Shown here: piece by piece, positions 38,095 to 48,013 of the stretch
Layout of the letters: the number at the start of each line of letters is the position of its first letter
Position numbering within the stretch: the stretch's first letter is position 1
Source: a virus
IMG/VR virus record: IMGVR_UViG_3300005264_000002
Coordinates: 12,087 to 76,086 of that record
DNA length: 64,000 bases
Strand: one strand, 5' to 3'
The notes under the pieces: generated by a model
What the model was told of the DNA's origin: nothing
Database searches by the model: none
The model's input: only the letters and a program-made list of their open reading frames with translations
Position numbers and translations under genes: made by a program

Positions 38095-39202
38095 TATTAA
38101 AGCGATCCTTCAAGATAAGGGTATTGGTTTTATCGAAAATTCTGACAACTATATTTTAAATAGTTGCCCTGCTTGTAATGGAACACATAAACTTTATTTA
38201 TCTAAAAAAGATTATCGATGGATCTGTTTTAAATGTATGGGGTCAGCAGAGGGAGATGGTGTTGATCTTGATAAAAATGAAGGGAAAGGAAATCTTTATG
38301 CTATTTTAAGATTAATTGGATTTTCTCATCATGAAGTAATTGAGATTATAGGTGGAAGCAATTTTTCTTATATTGATGATTTTGAATTTCAATCAATTGA
38401 AAGCAATAATTCTCAAGACAAAACCAATGAAGTCCCTGAGATTATGCTCCCTTGGTATTTTTTTAAGCTAGATGGGACAGAAAGTAATATCTTAGAATAT
38501 GAGGAAGCATATAAATATCTTCTTTCCAGGAATGTGAATAATATTAATCTAATTAAGAAGTTTGATCTTCATTATTCCCCGATGAATAAAAGAATCTTTT
38601 TCCCTATTAGGAAAAATTACCATACGATCATTGGATATCAAGGAAGAGATATTACCAATCGACATAAATCAAAGCATTACAAATGTATGAATCAAGATTG
38701 TTCAATGAGACATAACCCTTATTTTTCAGGAGAGCATGAGGCTCCAGAATTTTGTCATAAGTGTGGCAATAAATTAGAGCTTTGGCATTACCCTAAAATG
38801 CTAAACAGTAATAACTTTCCTAAAAAACATATTTTTATGAATGAGCACCTTATTAATTGGGAGAAACCAGTTACTTTAGTTGAAGGCCCATTTGATTCAA
38901 TTAATACTCCAAACTCTTTGCCTTTACTTGGGAAGTTTTTAAGTAAATATCAATCGGATCTACTTTATAAAAATTGCAAAGAATTAATTTTATATCTTGA
39001 TGGTGATGAATATGGAGTAACGGCCAGTCAGCAAATTTATCATGAGTTATCACCATTTATCCATAATATCAGAGTCGTTCTTTCCAATGATATAGAAGAT
39101 CCAGGGCAATTTTCTTATCAAGATAATCAAGAAAAAATCAATTCTTCTCTTTCTTTTCCGGAATGGGCTCAAAAAAAAGATATTTTTTCTCTTTACATTT
39201 AG
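38084..39202 (+). CDS. DNA primase (Zn ribbon + TOPRIM)
   Basis: CPAC..CFKC, GYQGR, LVEGPFD, LYLDGD motifs. Confidence 0.9.
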   Translation: MVIDIKAILQDKGIGFIENSDNYILNSCPACNGTHKLYLSKKDYRWICFKCMGSAEGDGVDLDKNEGKGNLYAILRLIGFSHHEVIEIIGGSNFSYIDDFEFQSIESNNSQDKTNEVPEIMLPWYFFKLDGTESNILEYEEAYKYLLSRNVNNINLIKKFDLHYSPMNKRIFFPIRKNYHTIIGYQGRDITNRHKSKHYKCMNQDCSMRHNPYFSGEHEAPEFCHKCGNKLELWHYPKMLNSNNFPKKHIFMNEHLINWEKPVTLVEGPFDSINTPNSLPLLGKFLSKYQSDLLYKNCKELILYLDGDEYGVTASQQIYHELSPFIHNIRVVLSNDIEDPGQFSYQDNQEKINSSLSFPEWAQKKDIFSLYI

Positions 39203-39256
39203 TATTGTTCAATCAACAATTTTATTAAATCAATAATTAATTGCCTTAAACATGGA

Positions 39257-39841
39257 GTGTGTATGGGAGCATTAGCTAATGAAGCTGAATTTTTTAAGCA
39301 TGATGGAATGATCAAAAATTTTTACTATTCAAACCAAACCCTTTTTAACCATCCGGCCCTTTCTCTTGATTTGGATGATGTCCTGCAAGAGATGAGAGTT
39401 TTAATCATTAATGCTATTCCTAAGTATGATGCATCAAAAGGAGCTGCACTATCTACATATTTATATATGCATTTGAGTGATAGACTTAAAGATCTTAAGG
39501 CAAAAATAATAAGAAGATCCAAATTTCATGCTGGATATACTGAGGATTTAATTTTAAGCAATAGACAAGATAAGCAATCGGATGTTGACTATAAAATAAA
39601 TTATTTATCCTTTAAAAATATTCAAGGTGAACATACAAAACAAGATACATTAGCTGATTGCATTGATGTTAAAATAATTTTAGAGCACTTAAAAGAAGAT
39701 GATCGAAAACTTTTTGTAGATCGATATCTATATGGGTATTCTTTCTCAGAACTACAAGAGCGTCACAATAAATCTAATACATATATTAATAAGAAATTAA
39801 GAAGAATCGATACAATTTTTGAAACTTTGAGATTTCAATAA
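39257..39841 (+). CDS. Sigma70-family RNA polymerase sigma factor 1
   Basis: DLDDVLQE..I..AIPKYDASKGAALSTY region 2; C-terminal RYLYGYSFSEL region-4 HTH. Confidence 0.8.
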   Translation: MCMGALANEAEFFKHDGMIKNFYYSNQTLFNHPALSLDLDDVLQEMRVLIINAIPKYDASKGAALSTYLYMHLSDRLKDLKAKIIRRSKFHAGYTEDLILSNRQDKQSDVDYKINYLSFKNIQGEHTKQDTLADCIDVKIILEHLKEDDRKLFVDRYLYGYSFSELQERHNKSNTYINKKLRRIDTIFETLRFQ

Positions 39842-39845
39842 GAAA

Positions 39846-39877
39846 AAAAAGATAAAAACAATTCTAACACGTATAAT
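39846..39877 (+). promoter_or_regulatory. Phage promoter class AAGATA-N17-TATAAT (leaderless)
   Basis: AAAAAGATA-N15-CGTATAAT-N5-ATG. Confidence 0.75.
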
Positions 39878-39882
39878 ACTTT

Positions 39883-40239
39883 ATGAGAAAAATTAAAAAC
39901 TATATTACTAGAGATGTTTTTTTAACTAAGATTTATAATGAAGGTGTTGCTGATTTTGAGGAACTGCATCATTTTGCTTGTAATATTAATGAACCTGTTA
40001 GAGATTTTTCTTTGATTGTTGATCTTGTTAAGGAAGCGGAAAAACAAGGTATTCTCTATAAAAAGCATACTAAAAGCATGAAATTATCTAGCTACTATAA
40101 AAACTTGAGATGGTATATGGGGCGGTTAGAAAGAAAAGGTAAAATAAAAGGATTTACTGGTGTTGTGGGAAGACCAAAGGGAGCTAAGAGTCTCGATAGA
40201 GGACTTTTAGAATCTATACAGAACTTATTAGGTAGTTAG
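39883..40239 (+). CDS. Putative DNA-binding protein
   Basis: Basic, winged-helix-like pattern plus GRPKG; has its own promoter and terminator. Confidence 0.55.
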   Translation: MRKIKNYITRDVFLTKIYNEGVADFEELHHFACNINEPVRDFSLIVDLVKEAEKQGILYKKHTKSMKLSSYYKNLRWYMGRLERKGKIKGFTGVVGRPKGAKSLDRGLLESIQNLLGS

Positions 40240-40276
40240 CGATCTTTCGCTAATTTGTTTTCTTGGGATTGGTCTT

Positions 40277-40317
40277 GATTGGCCCTGAGTTTGATCTCTC
40301 AGGGTCGATCTTTTTTC
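40277..40317 (+). terminator. Intrinsic terminator
   Basis: GATTGGCCCTGAG-loop-CTCAGGGTCGATC followed by TTTTTT. Confidence 0.75.
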
Positions 40318-40349
40318 TTCTCTCATCCACTTCATCCGTATAATAAGGT

Positions 40350-43300
40350 ATGGAAAACTTTAAATACGCAAATTTACATCATAAAACGCATTATTCTTGT
40401 GGAATTGCCATAGGAACTTGTGAAGATTCGATTCTTGCAGCAAAAAACAATGAATTATCTGCTTTGGCCATTACTGATTATTGCTCAATATCTGGTGCAT
40501 TAGAATTTCTTAAAGAAGGACAGAAGCAAGAATTCCCTGTCATTGTCGGATCAGAAATTAATTATGTTGATGAATGGAATCAAATATTTAATATCGTTTT
40601 ATTGATTAAAAATAATGTCGGGTATCATAATTTATGTAGGTTGATTACTTACGCTCATCAAAATGCACAAAAATATAATAAACCAGCTTGCCTTCTTTCA
40701 GATCTAAGAGATTTTTCAGATGGGTTAGTTTGTTTAGCTGGTGGAGCATTAGGCCCATGGTCCCAATATTGGATTAAAAAAGATATGATCGACTCTCCCA
40801 AGGCTAAAATAGAGGAGCTCTTAAATATTTTTAAGGATGATTTTTATCTTGAATTTAATCAGTCTAATCAAATGTATCAATGGGATTCAAAACATAATGA
40901 GTATATCCAAAAATATGATGATAATCCTCATAAGTTTGCAAATAAAGCATTAATTAAATTTTCTGATGAGACAGGGATAAAATGCATAATAACATCAGAT
41001 TCTTATATCCCAAATGAAGAAGATAAAATCCTTCAAGATGTTGTTGTTAGGACTTCTCCAAAAGGAAAACAAGGATTTTATTTTAGGGAGACACGCCCAA
41101 TTTTAAGATCTGAAGAATTAGAAGCTAGAATTGCTGTTGAGCACATTGGAATTAGTCATAAGCGACTAGGAAGATATTTTTCAAATACATTAGAAATTGC
41201 TGAGAAATGTCAAAATCCTATAATCAAATTTAAAGATCAGGTTGTTCAGTTCCCGATAACCACACACACAATGCATCAAAATGGGATGGATAAAAATGAT
41301 CTTTTATGGGAGATCATACGTTCAAATGGGCGTATTGATCTCTCTAATAAAGAACAAATGGACAGACTTTCTTACGAGATCAAGGCCATTAAAGATAATG
41401 GAAGGATAGATTTATTAGATTATTTTTTAGTTGTTGAAGATTTAGTTCGAGCATGTAGAGATAATGGAGTAGTTGTTGGGCCAGGAAGAGGATCAGGAGC
41501 AGGATCTTTATTAAATTATGCTTTAAAAATCACTCATTTAGATCCATTAAAATATGGGTTACTGTTCGAGAGATTTATTTCAGAGGGTAGAATCCAAAAA
41601 GGATCACTTCCAGATATTGATTTGGATTTCTCAGATCAAAAATGGGCAAAGAATTATCTTGGTGAAAAGTATGGATGGGATAGAGTCATGCCTATAGGTA
41701 CTTTCCAGACGATGCAAACAAAATCTTCAATAAAAGATGCTTTTAAATTATTCTATCCTCATATTGAATTCAAAGTAGTTAATAAAATTACAAATAAATT
41801 TGGTAAAAAAGATGAATCTGAAACAGAAGTAGAATTTTTTCAAAGATCTCTTGAATCTGATGAATCTATTAAGATTGATCTATTTAAAACTTTTCCTAAA
41901 GCTGGAGAGTGTGTTGAAAGATTAATTGGATTCAATCGCCAAACTGGAATTCATCCATGTGGAATAGCCATTACTCAAGATAAGCTTGAAGGTATCGCAC
42001 CAGGGAGAAGCTATAAAGATAAAATGTCTTTAGATTTTGATGGGAATACTTGCGAACAGGCAGGAGTTATAAAATATGACATTTTATCATTATCAACTCT
42101 TAAGTATATTGGAACAGCAGTAAAATTAATAAAAGATAGACATGATATTGATATAGATATTTATGAACTCCCAACAGAAGATCCTAAAGTCTGGAAAGCT
42201 TTTGATCGTGGACAGACTGATGGAGTATTTCAATTTGGAAGTAATATTGCTAAAGGGATCTTAACAAAAGTTAAGAGTAAAAATCTTGAAGATGGGTCCA
42301 TGGTTACTTCAGTGGGAAGGCCAGGACCAATGGCCAACGATCAACACTTAGAATTTATAAAAAGATCAAATGGAGAACATGATTCAATCCCTCCTCATCC
42401 TAAACTTGCTGAAGTCCTCAAGGAAACTTATGGGATTATGATCTATCAGGAGTCAGTTATGAAGGCCTCTCAAATTCTTGGAGGATTCTCATTAGCTGAG
42501 GCCGATGATATTAGAAAGGCAATGGGGAAGAAGAAAAGAAAAATTCTAATCCCTTATAAGAAGAGATTTATTGAGAATTGTGTTCGATATTATGATCCTG
42601 ATGGGGGAAAGTATCGAGATTTTGAATTAGATCAGATTGCTGATGAGGGAGGGCACACAGATATTTCTCCAGAGCGTGCAGAATATCTTTGGCATTTAAT
42701 GGAAACCTTCTCAGGTTATGGATTTAATAAGTCTCATGCGGTATGTTACGCTTATATTGGATATATCTGTCAATATTTAAAGGTATATTATCCTCTTGAA
42801 TGGTGGTGCTCTTGTCTCCATCATTCAGTAAGCAAACCAGATAAGTTTTCAGAATATTTTCAAGCAGCTCAAGATCTTATTCTTCTCCCTGATATTAATC
42901 ATTCAACTAATAATTTTTATATTCGAGGTGATAAGATTCAATTCCCATTCAATTCTATCAAAGGTGTTGGAGTTGTAGCTAATGCTGAAATTGAAAAGAA
43001 TAGACCTTATACATCTATAGATGATTTTTATAAAAGAGTTTATAAAAGGGTGATCAACAAAGGTGTTTTTGAAAAACTAATATTTGCAGATTGTTTTCAG
43101 TCTTGGGGTAATTTCCAAGATATCCTTAAACATTATTATGAAGAATTGAGAGGTGAAAAAATCCCTGAAAAATATTTGCATTTAAATAAAGAGCAAAAAC
43201 TTAACTTAAGGGCCAAGGCTTTGGATTTTATTGTCTTGGATTATTATGATATTTATCCTGATGTTTTCAATGATCCGGATTTTTTAATTAGACTGGAAGA

Positions 43301-43607
43301 TTTGAAAAATACTGATCAAGGGCAAAAAGTCAAAATTGGCGGTAAGGTTACAGAAAGAAAAATCATTACAACTAAAAGAAAAAAAGAAAAAATGGCCAAG
43401 ATAGTTATCCAAAACGGAAGGGATACCGCAAGAGTTACAATCTGGCCCAAAGAATTTGCTCATTATGATTCTAAAATACAAATTGAAAATGTTGTCAAAA
43501 TTGAAGGAACGATTGATTATTTTAATAATCAACCTCAAATTTTATCAACTCATATATTAACCTTAGAAGAGGCCCTAAGACAAAAGGCCCAATGGAGTTA
43601 CAAGTGA
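40350..43607 (+). CDS. dnaE: DNA polymerase III alpha subunit (family C)
   Basis: PHP domain (HHKTHYS, AITD), GPGRGSGAGSL, LLFERF, PDIDLDF, YGFNKSHA, C-terminal OB fold. Confidence 0.97.
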   Translation: MENFKYANLHHKTHYSCGIAIGTCEDSILAAKNNELSALAITDYCSISGALEFLKEGQKQEFPVIVGSEINYVDEWNQIFNIVLLIKNNVGYHNLCRLITYAHQNAQKYNKPACLLSDLRDFSDGLVCLAGGALGPWSQYWIKKDMIDSPKAKIEELLNIFKDDFYLEFNQSNQMYQWDSKHNEYIQKYDDNPHKFANKALIKFSDETGIKCIITSDSYIPNEEDKILQDVVVRTSPKGKQGFYFRETRPILRSEELEARIAVEHIGISHKRLGRYFSNTLEIAEKCQNPIIKFKDQVVQFPITTHTMHQNGMDKNDLLWEIIRSNGRIDLSNKEQMDRLSYEIKAIKDNGRIDLLDYFLVVEDLVRACRDNGVVVGPGRGSGAGSLLNYALKITHLDPLKYGLLFERFISEGRIQKGSLPDIDLDFSDQKWAKNYLGEKYGWDRVMPIGTFQTMQTKSSIKDAFKLFYPHIEFKVVNKITNKFGKKDESETEVEFFQRSLESDESIKIDLFKTFPKAGECVERLIGFNRQTGIHPCGIAITQDKLEGIAPGRSYKDKMSLDFDGNTCEQAGVIKYDILSLSTLKYIGTAVKLIKDRHDIDIDIYELPTEDPKVWKAFDRGQTDGVFQFGSNIAKGILTKVKSKNLEDGSMVTSVGRPGPMANDQHLEFIKRSNGEHDSIPPHPKLAEVLKETYGIMIYQESVMKASQILGGFSLAEADDIRKAMGKKKRKILIPYKKRFIENCVRYYDPDGGKYRDFELDQIADEGGHTDISPERAEYLWHLMETFSGYGFNKSHAVCYAYIGYICQYLKVYYPLEWWCSCLHHSVSKPDKFSEYFQAAQDLILLPDINHSTNNFYIRGDKIQFPFNSIKGVGVVANAEIEKNRPYTSIDDFYKRVYKRVINKGVFEKLIFADCFQSWGNFQDILKHYYEELRGEKIPEKYLHLNKEQKLNLRAKALDFIVLDYYDIYPDVFNDPDFLIRLEDLKNTDQGQKVKIGGKVTERKIITTKRKKEKMAKIVIQNGRDTARVTIWPKEFAHYDSKIQIENVVKIEGTIDYFNNQPQILSTHILTLEEALRQKAQWSYK

Positions 43608-44179
43608 AAGATACAGTTCAAAAAGATAAGCAACCATTTGAAAATTTTGAAGAATTGCCATGTGATATTATTGATCAAAAAGCTTATGATCAAGAGATTG
43701 ATGGAGAAACAAGGTGTTCTTTAAGTATTCATGTTGAAGTTTTGATAGGGAAAAATCTTGGAGAAGACTTTCAAGAAGCAGTCAATAAATTAGGTAAAGC
43801 TATTGTTGCGAGAACAACAAAAAGAGGGACAAGATTTTATGCTGGAGATATTGAATATAATCCTACTACTGGGATAATTAGTTTTGATGCTGGGACTGTG
43901 ATTCCTGATTATATTGTAGATGGATTCAAGCATTATTCTAAAAATAAACTTGGAACAACTTTTGCAGATTTTTGTTTTTTAAATTCTGAAGGGACTAAGT
44001 TTTTTACGAAAGATCAGTGCTCAACTCCTTTCAGAGATGATGCTACTCCAGGAGATTTGACTTGGGTTCTTCCAGCTAAATTTGTTGATGATATGGTTGA
44101 AATGATGAGCATAATGAATAATCTTATATTGGCCGGAACAATGGAAGAATCAATTTTATATGGTCCATTTTTAAATTAA
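43592..44179 (+). CDS. Hypothetical protein
   Basis: Long ORF overlapping the dnaE end. Confidence 0.6.
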   Translation: MELQVKDTVQKDKQPFENFEELPCDIIDQKAYDQEIDGETRCSLSIHVEVLIGKNLGEDFQEAVNKLGKAIVARTTKRGTRFYAGDIEYNPTTGIISFDAGTVIPDYIVDGFKHYSKNKLGTTFADFCFLNSEGTKFFTKDQCSTPFRDDATPGDLTWVLPAKFVDDMVEMMSIMNNLILAGTMEESILYGPFLN

Positions 44180-44210
44180 AAAAGATAAAAAAAGATCATA
44201 CACGTATAAT
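44179..44210 (+). promoter_or_regulatory. Phage promoter class AAGATA-N17-TATAAT (SSB/recA operon)
   Basis: AAAAAGATA-N15-CGTATAAT. Confidence 0.75.
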
Positions 44211-44253
44211 GTAATTACCAAGAAAATAAAGACTGATTACCAAGGAGAATTAA

Positions 44254-45435
44254 ATGGAAGAGCAACAGAATTATTTTGGTTTTGATGATGATATGTTTCA
44301 AGGAAACTTCGAGAAACTAGAGAAGTATAAATTTAGTAATGGGATTCATAAAATACGTTTTTTACCTCCATATGAAAAAGGGACACTTTATTTTAAGGTA
44401 GATCTTCATTGGGGATACACTGATCAAAATGGTCAAACCTATCCTGTAAAATGTGTTGGCGAAAATATTTGTCCTATCTGTCAAGAGTCTAAGAGAATCA
44501 AAGCTCAGTCTGATGAAATGATGGCACATAGTCAGGGAGATCCACAAAAAATAGATGAAGCTAAAATTGTTGCTAAAAGAGCAAATGATATAAAAAGGAA
44601 GCCAACTTATATTTATCAAATCTTAGATTTTAATGGATCACATAAACAAATTAATTTTTCTTATAAACAGCATATGTCAGTATATGGAAAGATTAGATTT
44701 TTTTGGAATGAGAGAAAAATCAATGTGACTGATCCAAATAGGAACATGATTGTTTATGTTGATCGTCAAGGTAAAGGTAACCAAAGCACGTATAACGTTG
44801 AAATTTTAGAGGAAAGTATTAAAAAAATTGATATGCCTAAACTTGCTCAACTTCATGAATTACATAAAGATCAAACAGTTGAGTCTCTTGCAGAGATTGT
44901 TAAAACAGGATTCCTCCCTACCAACAAAAAGAAGGATGATCAGGCCACTAATAATTTTCATGGCTCTAGCAATCCAGTTGGAGAGCCTCCTTCATATATG
45001 ACTGATGTTCCTCCTCAAGAAAATTCTTATCCTCCACATAATTCTCATCAACAGAATAGTCAGAATTATAATTATCCTCCTAATAATTCTCATCAACAGA
45101 ATAATCAGAATTATAATTATCCTCCTGGTGATTCTCATCAACAGAATAGTCAGAATTATAATTATCCTCCTAATAATTCCCAACAACAGAATAATCAAGG
45201 GAATCAGAACCAGGGGGTTAATTTCCAGAATAGAATGCAAAATCAAGTTGGTACGCCATCTCATAGTACCACTGAGGGAGTTGCAGGAACATCCCAACCT
45301 TCCCATGGGAATCCTGCTTCTTCCTCTCCTCATACTACTCAGACTCCAGCAAACAATGTTCAGATGAATAACAATCAACAACAAGCTATCAATGAAACTG
45401 TTGGAGCTTTTAATGTTGATGACATCCCATTTTAG
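44254..45435 (+). CDS. Single-stranded DNA-binding protein (gp32-like) with Q/N-rich linker and DDIPF tail
   Basis: KIRFLPP...H...C....CPIC, DP, GKG..STYNV motifs; ends in DDIPF; upstream of UvsY-like and recA. Confidence 0.8.
   Translation: MEEQQNYFGFDDDMFQGNFEKLEKYKFSNGIHKIRFLPPYEKGTLYFKVDLHWGYTDQNGQTYPVKCVGENICPICQESKRIKAQSDEMMAHSQGDPQKIDEAKIVAKRANDIKRKPTYIYQILDFNGSHKQINFSYKQHMSVYGKIRFFWNERKINVTDPNRNMIVYVDRQGKGNQSTYNVEILEESIKKIDMPKLAQLHELHKDQTVESLAEIVKTGFLPTNKKKDDQATNNFHGSSNPVGEPPSYMTDVPPQENSYPPHNSHQQNSQNYNYPPNNSHQQNNQNYNYPPGDSHQQNSQNYNYPPNNSQQQNNQGNQNQGVNFQNRMQNQVGTPSHSTTEGVAGTSQPSHGNPASSSPHTTQTPANNVQMNNNQQQAINETVGAFNVDDIPF
45028..45195 (+). repeat. 45-nt tandem repeat (~3.7 copies) encoding YPPxNSHQQNxQNYN
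   Basis: Read directly in both DNA and protein. Confidence 0.9.
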
Positions 45436-45444
45436 GAGGTTACC

Positions 45445-45882
45445 GTGGAATCTATGAAAAAATATTTTAATAAAGAAGAATTTCTCGCTGTTAATAATGA
45501 AAACTTTTCTTATGTCAGGAGTGGAGCATCATTACTTAAAAGGCCAGAACAAATGGGGATGGGGGGCATTCCCTTTGCTGAAGCGGAACAGCTCTCCTAT
45601 ACCTTTTTGGATCTTATTAATAAATGTTCTGATCTAATGTTAGGATTGGCGGCCTCTGCTGCTGATGCAAAAAGTCGTTATAAAAAGGCTCATGCTTTAG
45701 CATTTTATCGAGCAGATGGAAGAGTCAAAGATAAAGAGTTTGCTGCTGATATGGATGATACTTATCAAAGAGAACATACTAATCATAATGATTTAAGTGA
45801 TCTTTTTGAATATCTAAAAATGAAGCGTGAAGATTTTGATAAGTCACATTATTACTATAAACAAATGTTAAAAAGGGATTAG
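45445..45882 (+). CDS. UvsY-like recombination mediator
   Basis: ~145-aa helical protein between SSB and RecA; call rests mainly on synteny. Confidence 0.55.
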   Translation: MESMKKYFNKEEFLAVNNENFSYVRSGASLLKRPEQMGMGGIPFAEAEQLSYTFLDLINKCSDLMLGLAASAADAKSRYKKAHALAFYRADGRVKDKEFAADMDDTYQREHTNHNDLSDLFEYLKMKREDFDKSHYYYKQMLKRD

Positions 45883-45884
45883 AT

Positions 45885-47018
45885 ATGGCAAAGAAAAAAG
45901 AAACACCAGAACAAATTAAAAGGAATCGGCTTTTTGGAGATCTTTGTAATAGTGAAAATACATATCAAGCATCTACTATTTGTAACGACTTAGCGTCGAT
46001 AGTACCCCAAAGAAAACCTTTTCTTTCATCATCCCCTTCTCTTAGTTGGGGATCTGCTGTTGGGATGGAATTTGGGACAATGGAACTCTTAATCGGAACA
46101 AAATCATCTGGTAAAACTATGATTGCGTTAGATCGAATTAAAAACATTCAAGCAACCGATCCAGAGATAGTTTGTGCTTTTGTTGATGCTGAAATGGATT
46201 TTGAATTTCAATCAACTATTAGATGGCTAGAATCTAATGGAGTTGATACAGATCGCTTGCTAATTAAGCGTGAAGTTAATATTGAAAAAATTTGGGACTG
46301 GTTCTTAAACGATGTTCAAACAGCTTGCCGTGATAATGGGGTTAAACTTGGCGGTATTGTTATGGATTCTATTGCAGCTATGGGAGTTAAAGAACTTCCT
46401 TCTGACCTTAAGAAGATTGGAAGCAAAGGTAAGGGTGGATTCCAAATGAATAAGCAGGATTATGGAGCAAAAGCTAATTTTCTCTCCAGGAATCTATCCT
46501 TCTTTAGACAGTTTGTCAGGCAGTATAGGCCATTTGTGACATTCATCAATCAAGCTAGAATTAAAGGCCAAGATCAAGTTGGGAATGATATCTATACAAC
46601 CAACGGAGGAGAAGCCTTTTATCATGAACAACAATATAGATGGTTCATTGAAAAGCTAGATGGTAAAAATAGTGTCATAACAGCAAATGGGACAGCAGAT
46701 CAATTTGGTAATGAAGTTCCAATTGGACATAAAATTCGTTGGATCTGTGAAAAGAATAAGATGGGAGAAGGGCTTGGCCGCAGGGGTGTAGCTGATATCA
46801 TTTATATGAAAGGTCTTGTTAATCGAGAGAAAGAGATCGTTGACCTTGGAGCTAAATTGGGAATTATTGAACAAGGTGGTGCTTGGTACACTTACAATGG
46901 AGAGAAGTTCCAGGGGGCTGAAGCATTGGCCAAAGTTTTTAAAGAAGATGCTAATGAGTACAATGGTCTTTTCGCTAAAGTTATGATGGATGCAAGCAAT
47001 TCTCAAAGGTATTCATAA
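45885..47018 (+). CDS. recA: RecA/UvsX recombinase
   Basis: GTKSSGKT, FVDAE, IVMDSIAA, FINQAR, EKNK, QGGAWYTY motifs. Confidence 0.92.
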   Translation: MAKKKETPEQIKRNRLFGDLCNSENTYQASTICNDLASIVPQRKPFLSSSPSLSWGSAVGMEFGTMELLIGTKSSGKTMIALDRIKNIQATDPEIVCAFVDAEMDFEFQSTIRWLESNGVDTDRLLIKREVNIEKIWDWFLNDVQTACRDNGVKLGGIVMDSIAAMGVKELPSDLKKIGSKGKGGFQMNKQDYGAKANFLSRNLSFFRQFVRQYRPFVTFINQARIKGQDQVGNDIYTTNGGEAFYHEQQYRWFIEKLDGKNSVITANGTADQFGNEVPIGHKIRWICEKNKMGEGLGRRGVADIIYMKGLVNREKEIVDLGAKLGIIEQGGAWYTYNGEKFQGAEALAKVFKEDANEYNGLFAKVMMDASNSQRYS

Positions 47019-48013
47019 TGATTAAGTTTATTGCTACCAGTGATCTTCATGGTAATTTAAAAAATCTTGAACCTTTTAAGATAGTTGTTAGAAGGGCATT
47101 GACTGAGGCTAGAAAACATCAATGTCCATTCTTTATTGGAGGGGATCTTAACGATACCAAAGCCATTTTGCGGGCCGAGTTTGTCCAGTTCCTAATAGAA
47201 AGTTTTTTAGAATATTCTGATGTGCAGATTATTGTTTTAGTTGGCAACCATGATCTTGTTAATCATCATAGCAATATTGAACATTCATTAGAATTTCTTA
47301 AGAACCTTCCCAACGTTAAAGTTATTGATACCTCTCAGGAAGTTTTTTCTGGATGGTATGCAATACCCTATCATCATAGAAATGAGGATATCTTGGAACA
47401 ACTCCAGATTGCAAAAGACAAAGGATATCGTAAGATCCTCTTTCACCAAGGGATAATGGGAGCAAAACAATCTGAATATATTCTAGATAAATCTTCAATA
47501 TCATTAGAAGATCTAAAAGGTTTTGATAAAGTCCTAACTGGCCATTATCATTCTTATCAAACATTAGGAAATGCTGTTTACCTTGGCTCCCCATTCAGTG
47601 TGTCATTTGCTGAAGCGAATCAAGATAAATTTATTTGGTTAGTTGAAGACAATGAAGATTTTAAAATGACTCCGATTCGTCCAGGAGCAAGAAGTCATAT
47701 CCAAATTGTTTGGAACGAAGGTCAAGAAAATGTTATCCCTCAAATAAATAAGGATGATATTTTAAAGATTGTCGCAAGAGGAACTAAAGAATTCTGTTTA
47801 TCTATCAATAAAGAAGATATTAAAAAACAATATAATATTGAGAACTTACAGATTGTTACTGAGATTGCTCAGACACGAAAGAAAAGAGTTGATGCTTCTA
47901 GTATTCATAAACCAATAGAAGTTATTGATGGATATTTAGAATCAGCAGAGACTTCGCTAAACAAGATTGAACTAAAAGAATACTTGGGGAAGGTGTGTAA
48001 TGCAATTACTTGA
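47018..48013 (+). CDS. SbcD/Mre11-like nuclease
   Basis: SDLH, GGD, GNHD, FHQ, GHYH, YLGSP motifs; adjacent to SbcC. Confidence 0.9.
   Translation: MIKFIATSDLHGNLKNLEPFKIVVRRALTEARKHQCPFFIGGDLNDTKAILRAEFVQFLIESFLEYSDVQIIVLVGNHDLVNHHSNIEHSLEFLKNLPNVKVIDTSQEVFSGWYAIPYHHRNEDILEQLQIAKDKGYRKILFHQGIMGAKQSEYILDKSSISLEDLKGFDKVLTGHYHSYQTLGNAVYLGSPFSVSFAEANQDKFIWLVEDNEDFKMTPIRPGARSHIQIVWNEGQENVIPQINKDDILKIVARGTKEFCLSINKEDIKKQYNIENLQIVTEIAQTRKKRVDASSIHKPIEVIDGYLESAETSLNKIELKEYLGKVCNAIT

Noticed and set aside
40350-43607. Intein or intron in dnaE (also checked dnaB, recA, terL)
   Set aside because: Lengths are normal, with no intein splice-junction or homing-endonuclease motifs; dnaE has only a short acidic loop insertion
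45028-45195. Possible CRISPR-like array
   Set aside because: Contiguous in-frame coding repeats with no unique spacers and no cas genes
44992-45384. Ile-rich ORFs on both strands (44992..45384 -, 45005..45367 +)
   Set aside because: Alternative-frame shadows of the 45-nt SSB repeat
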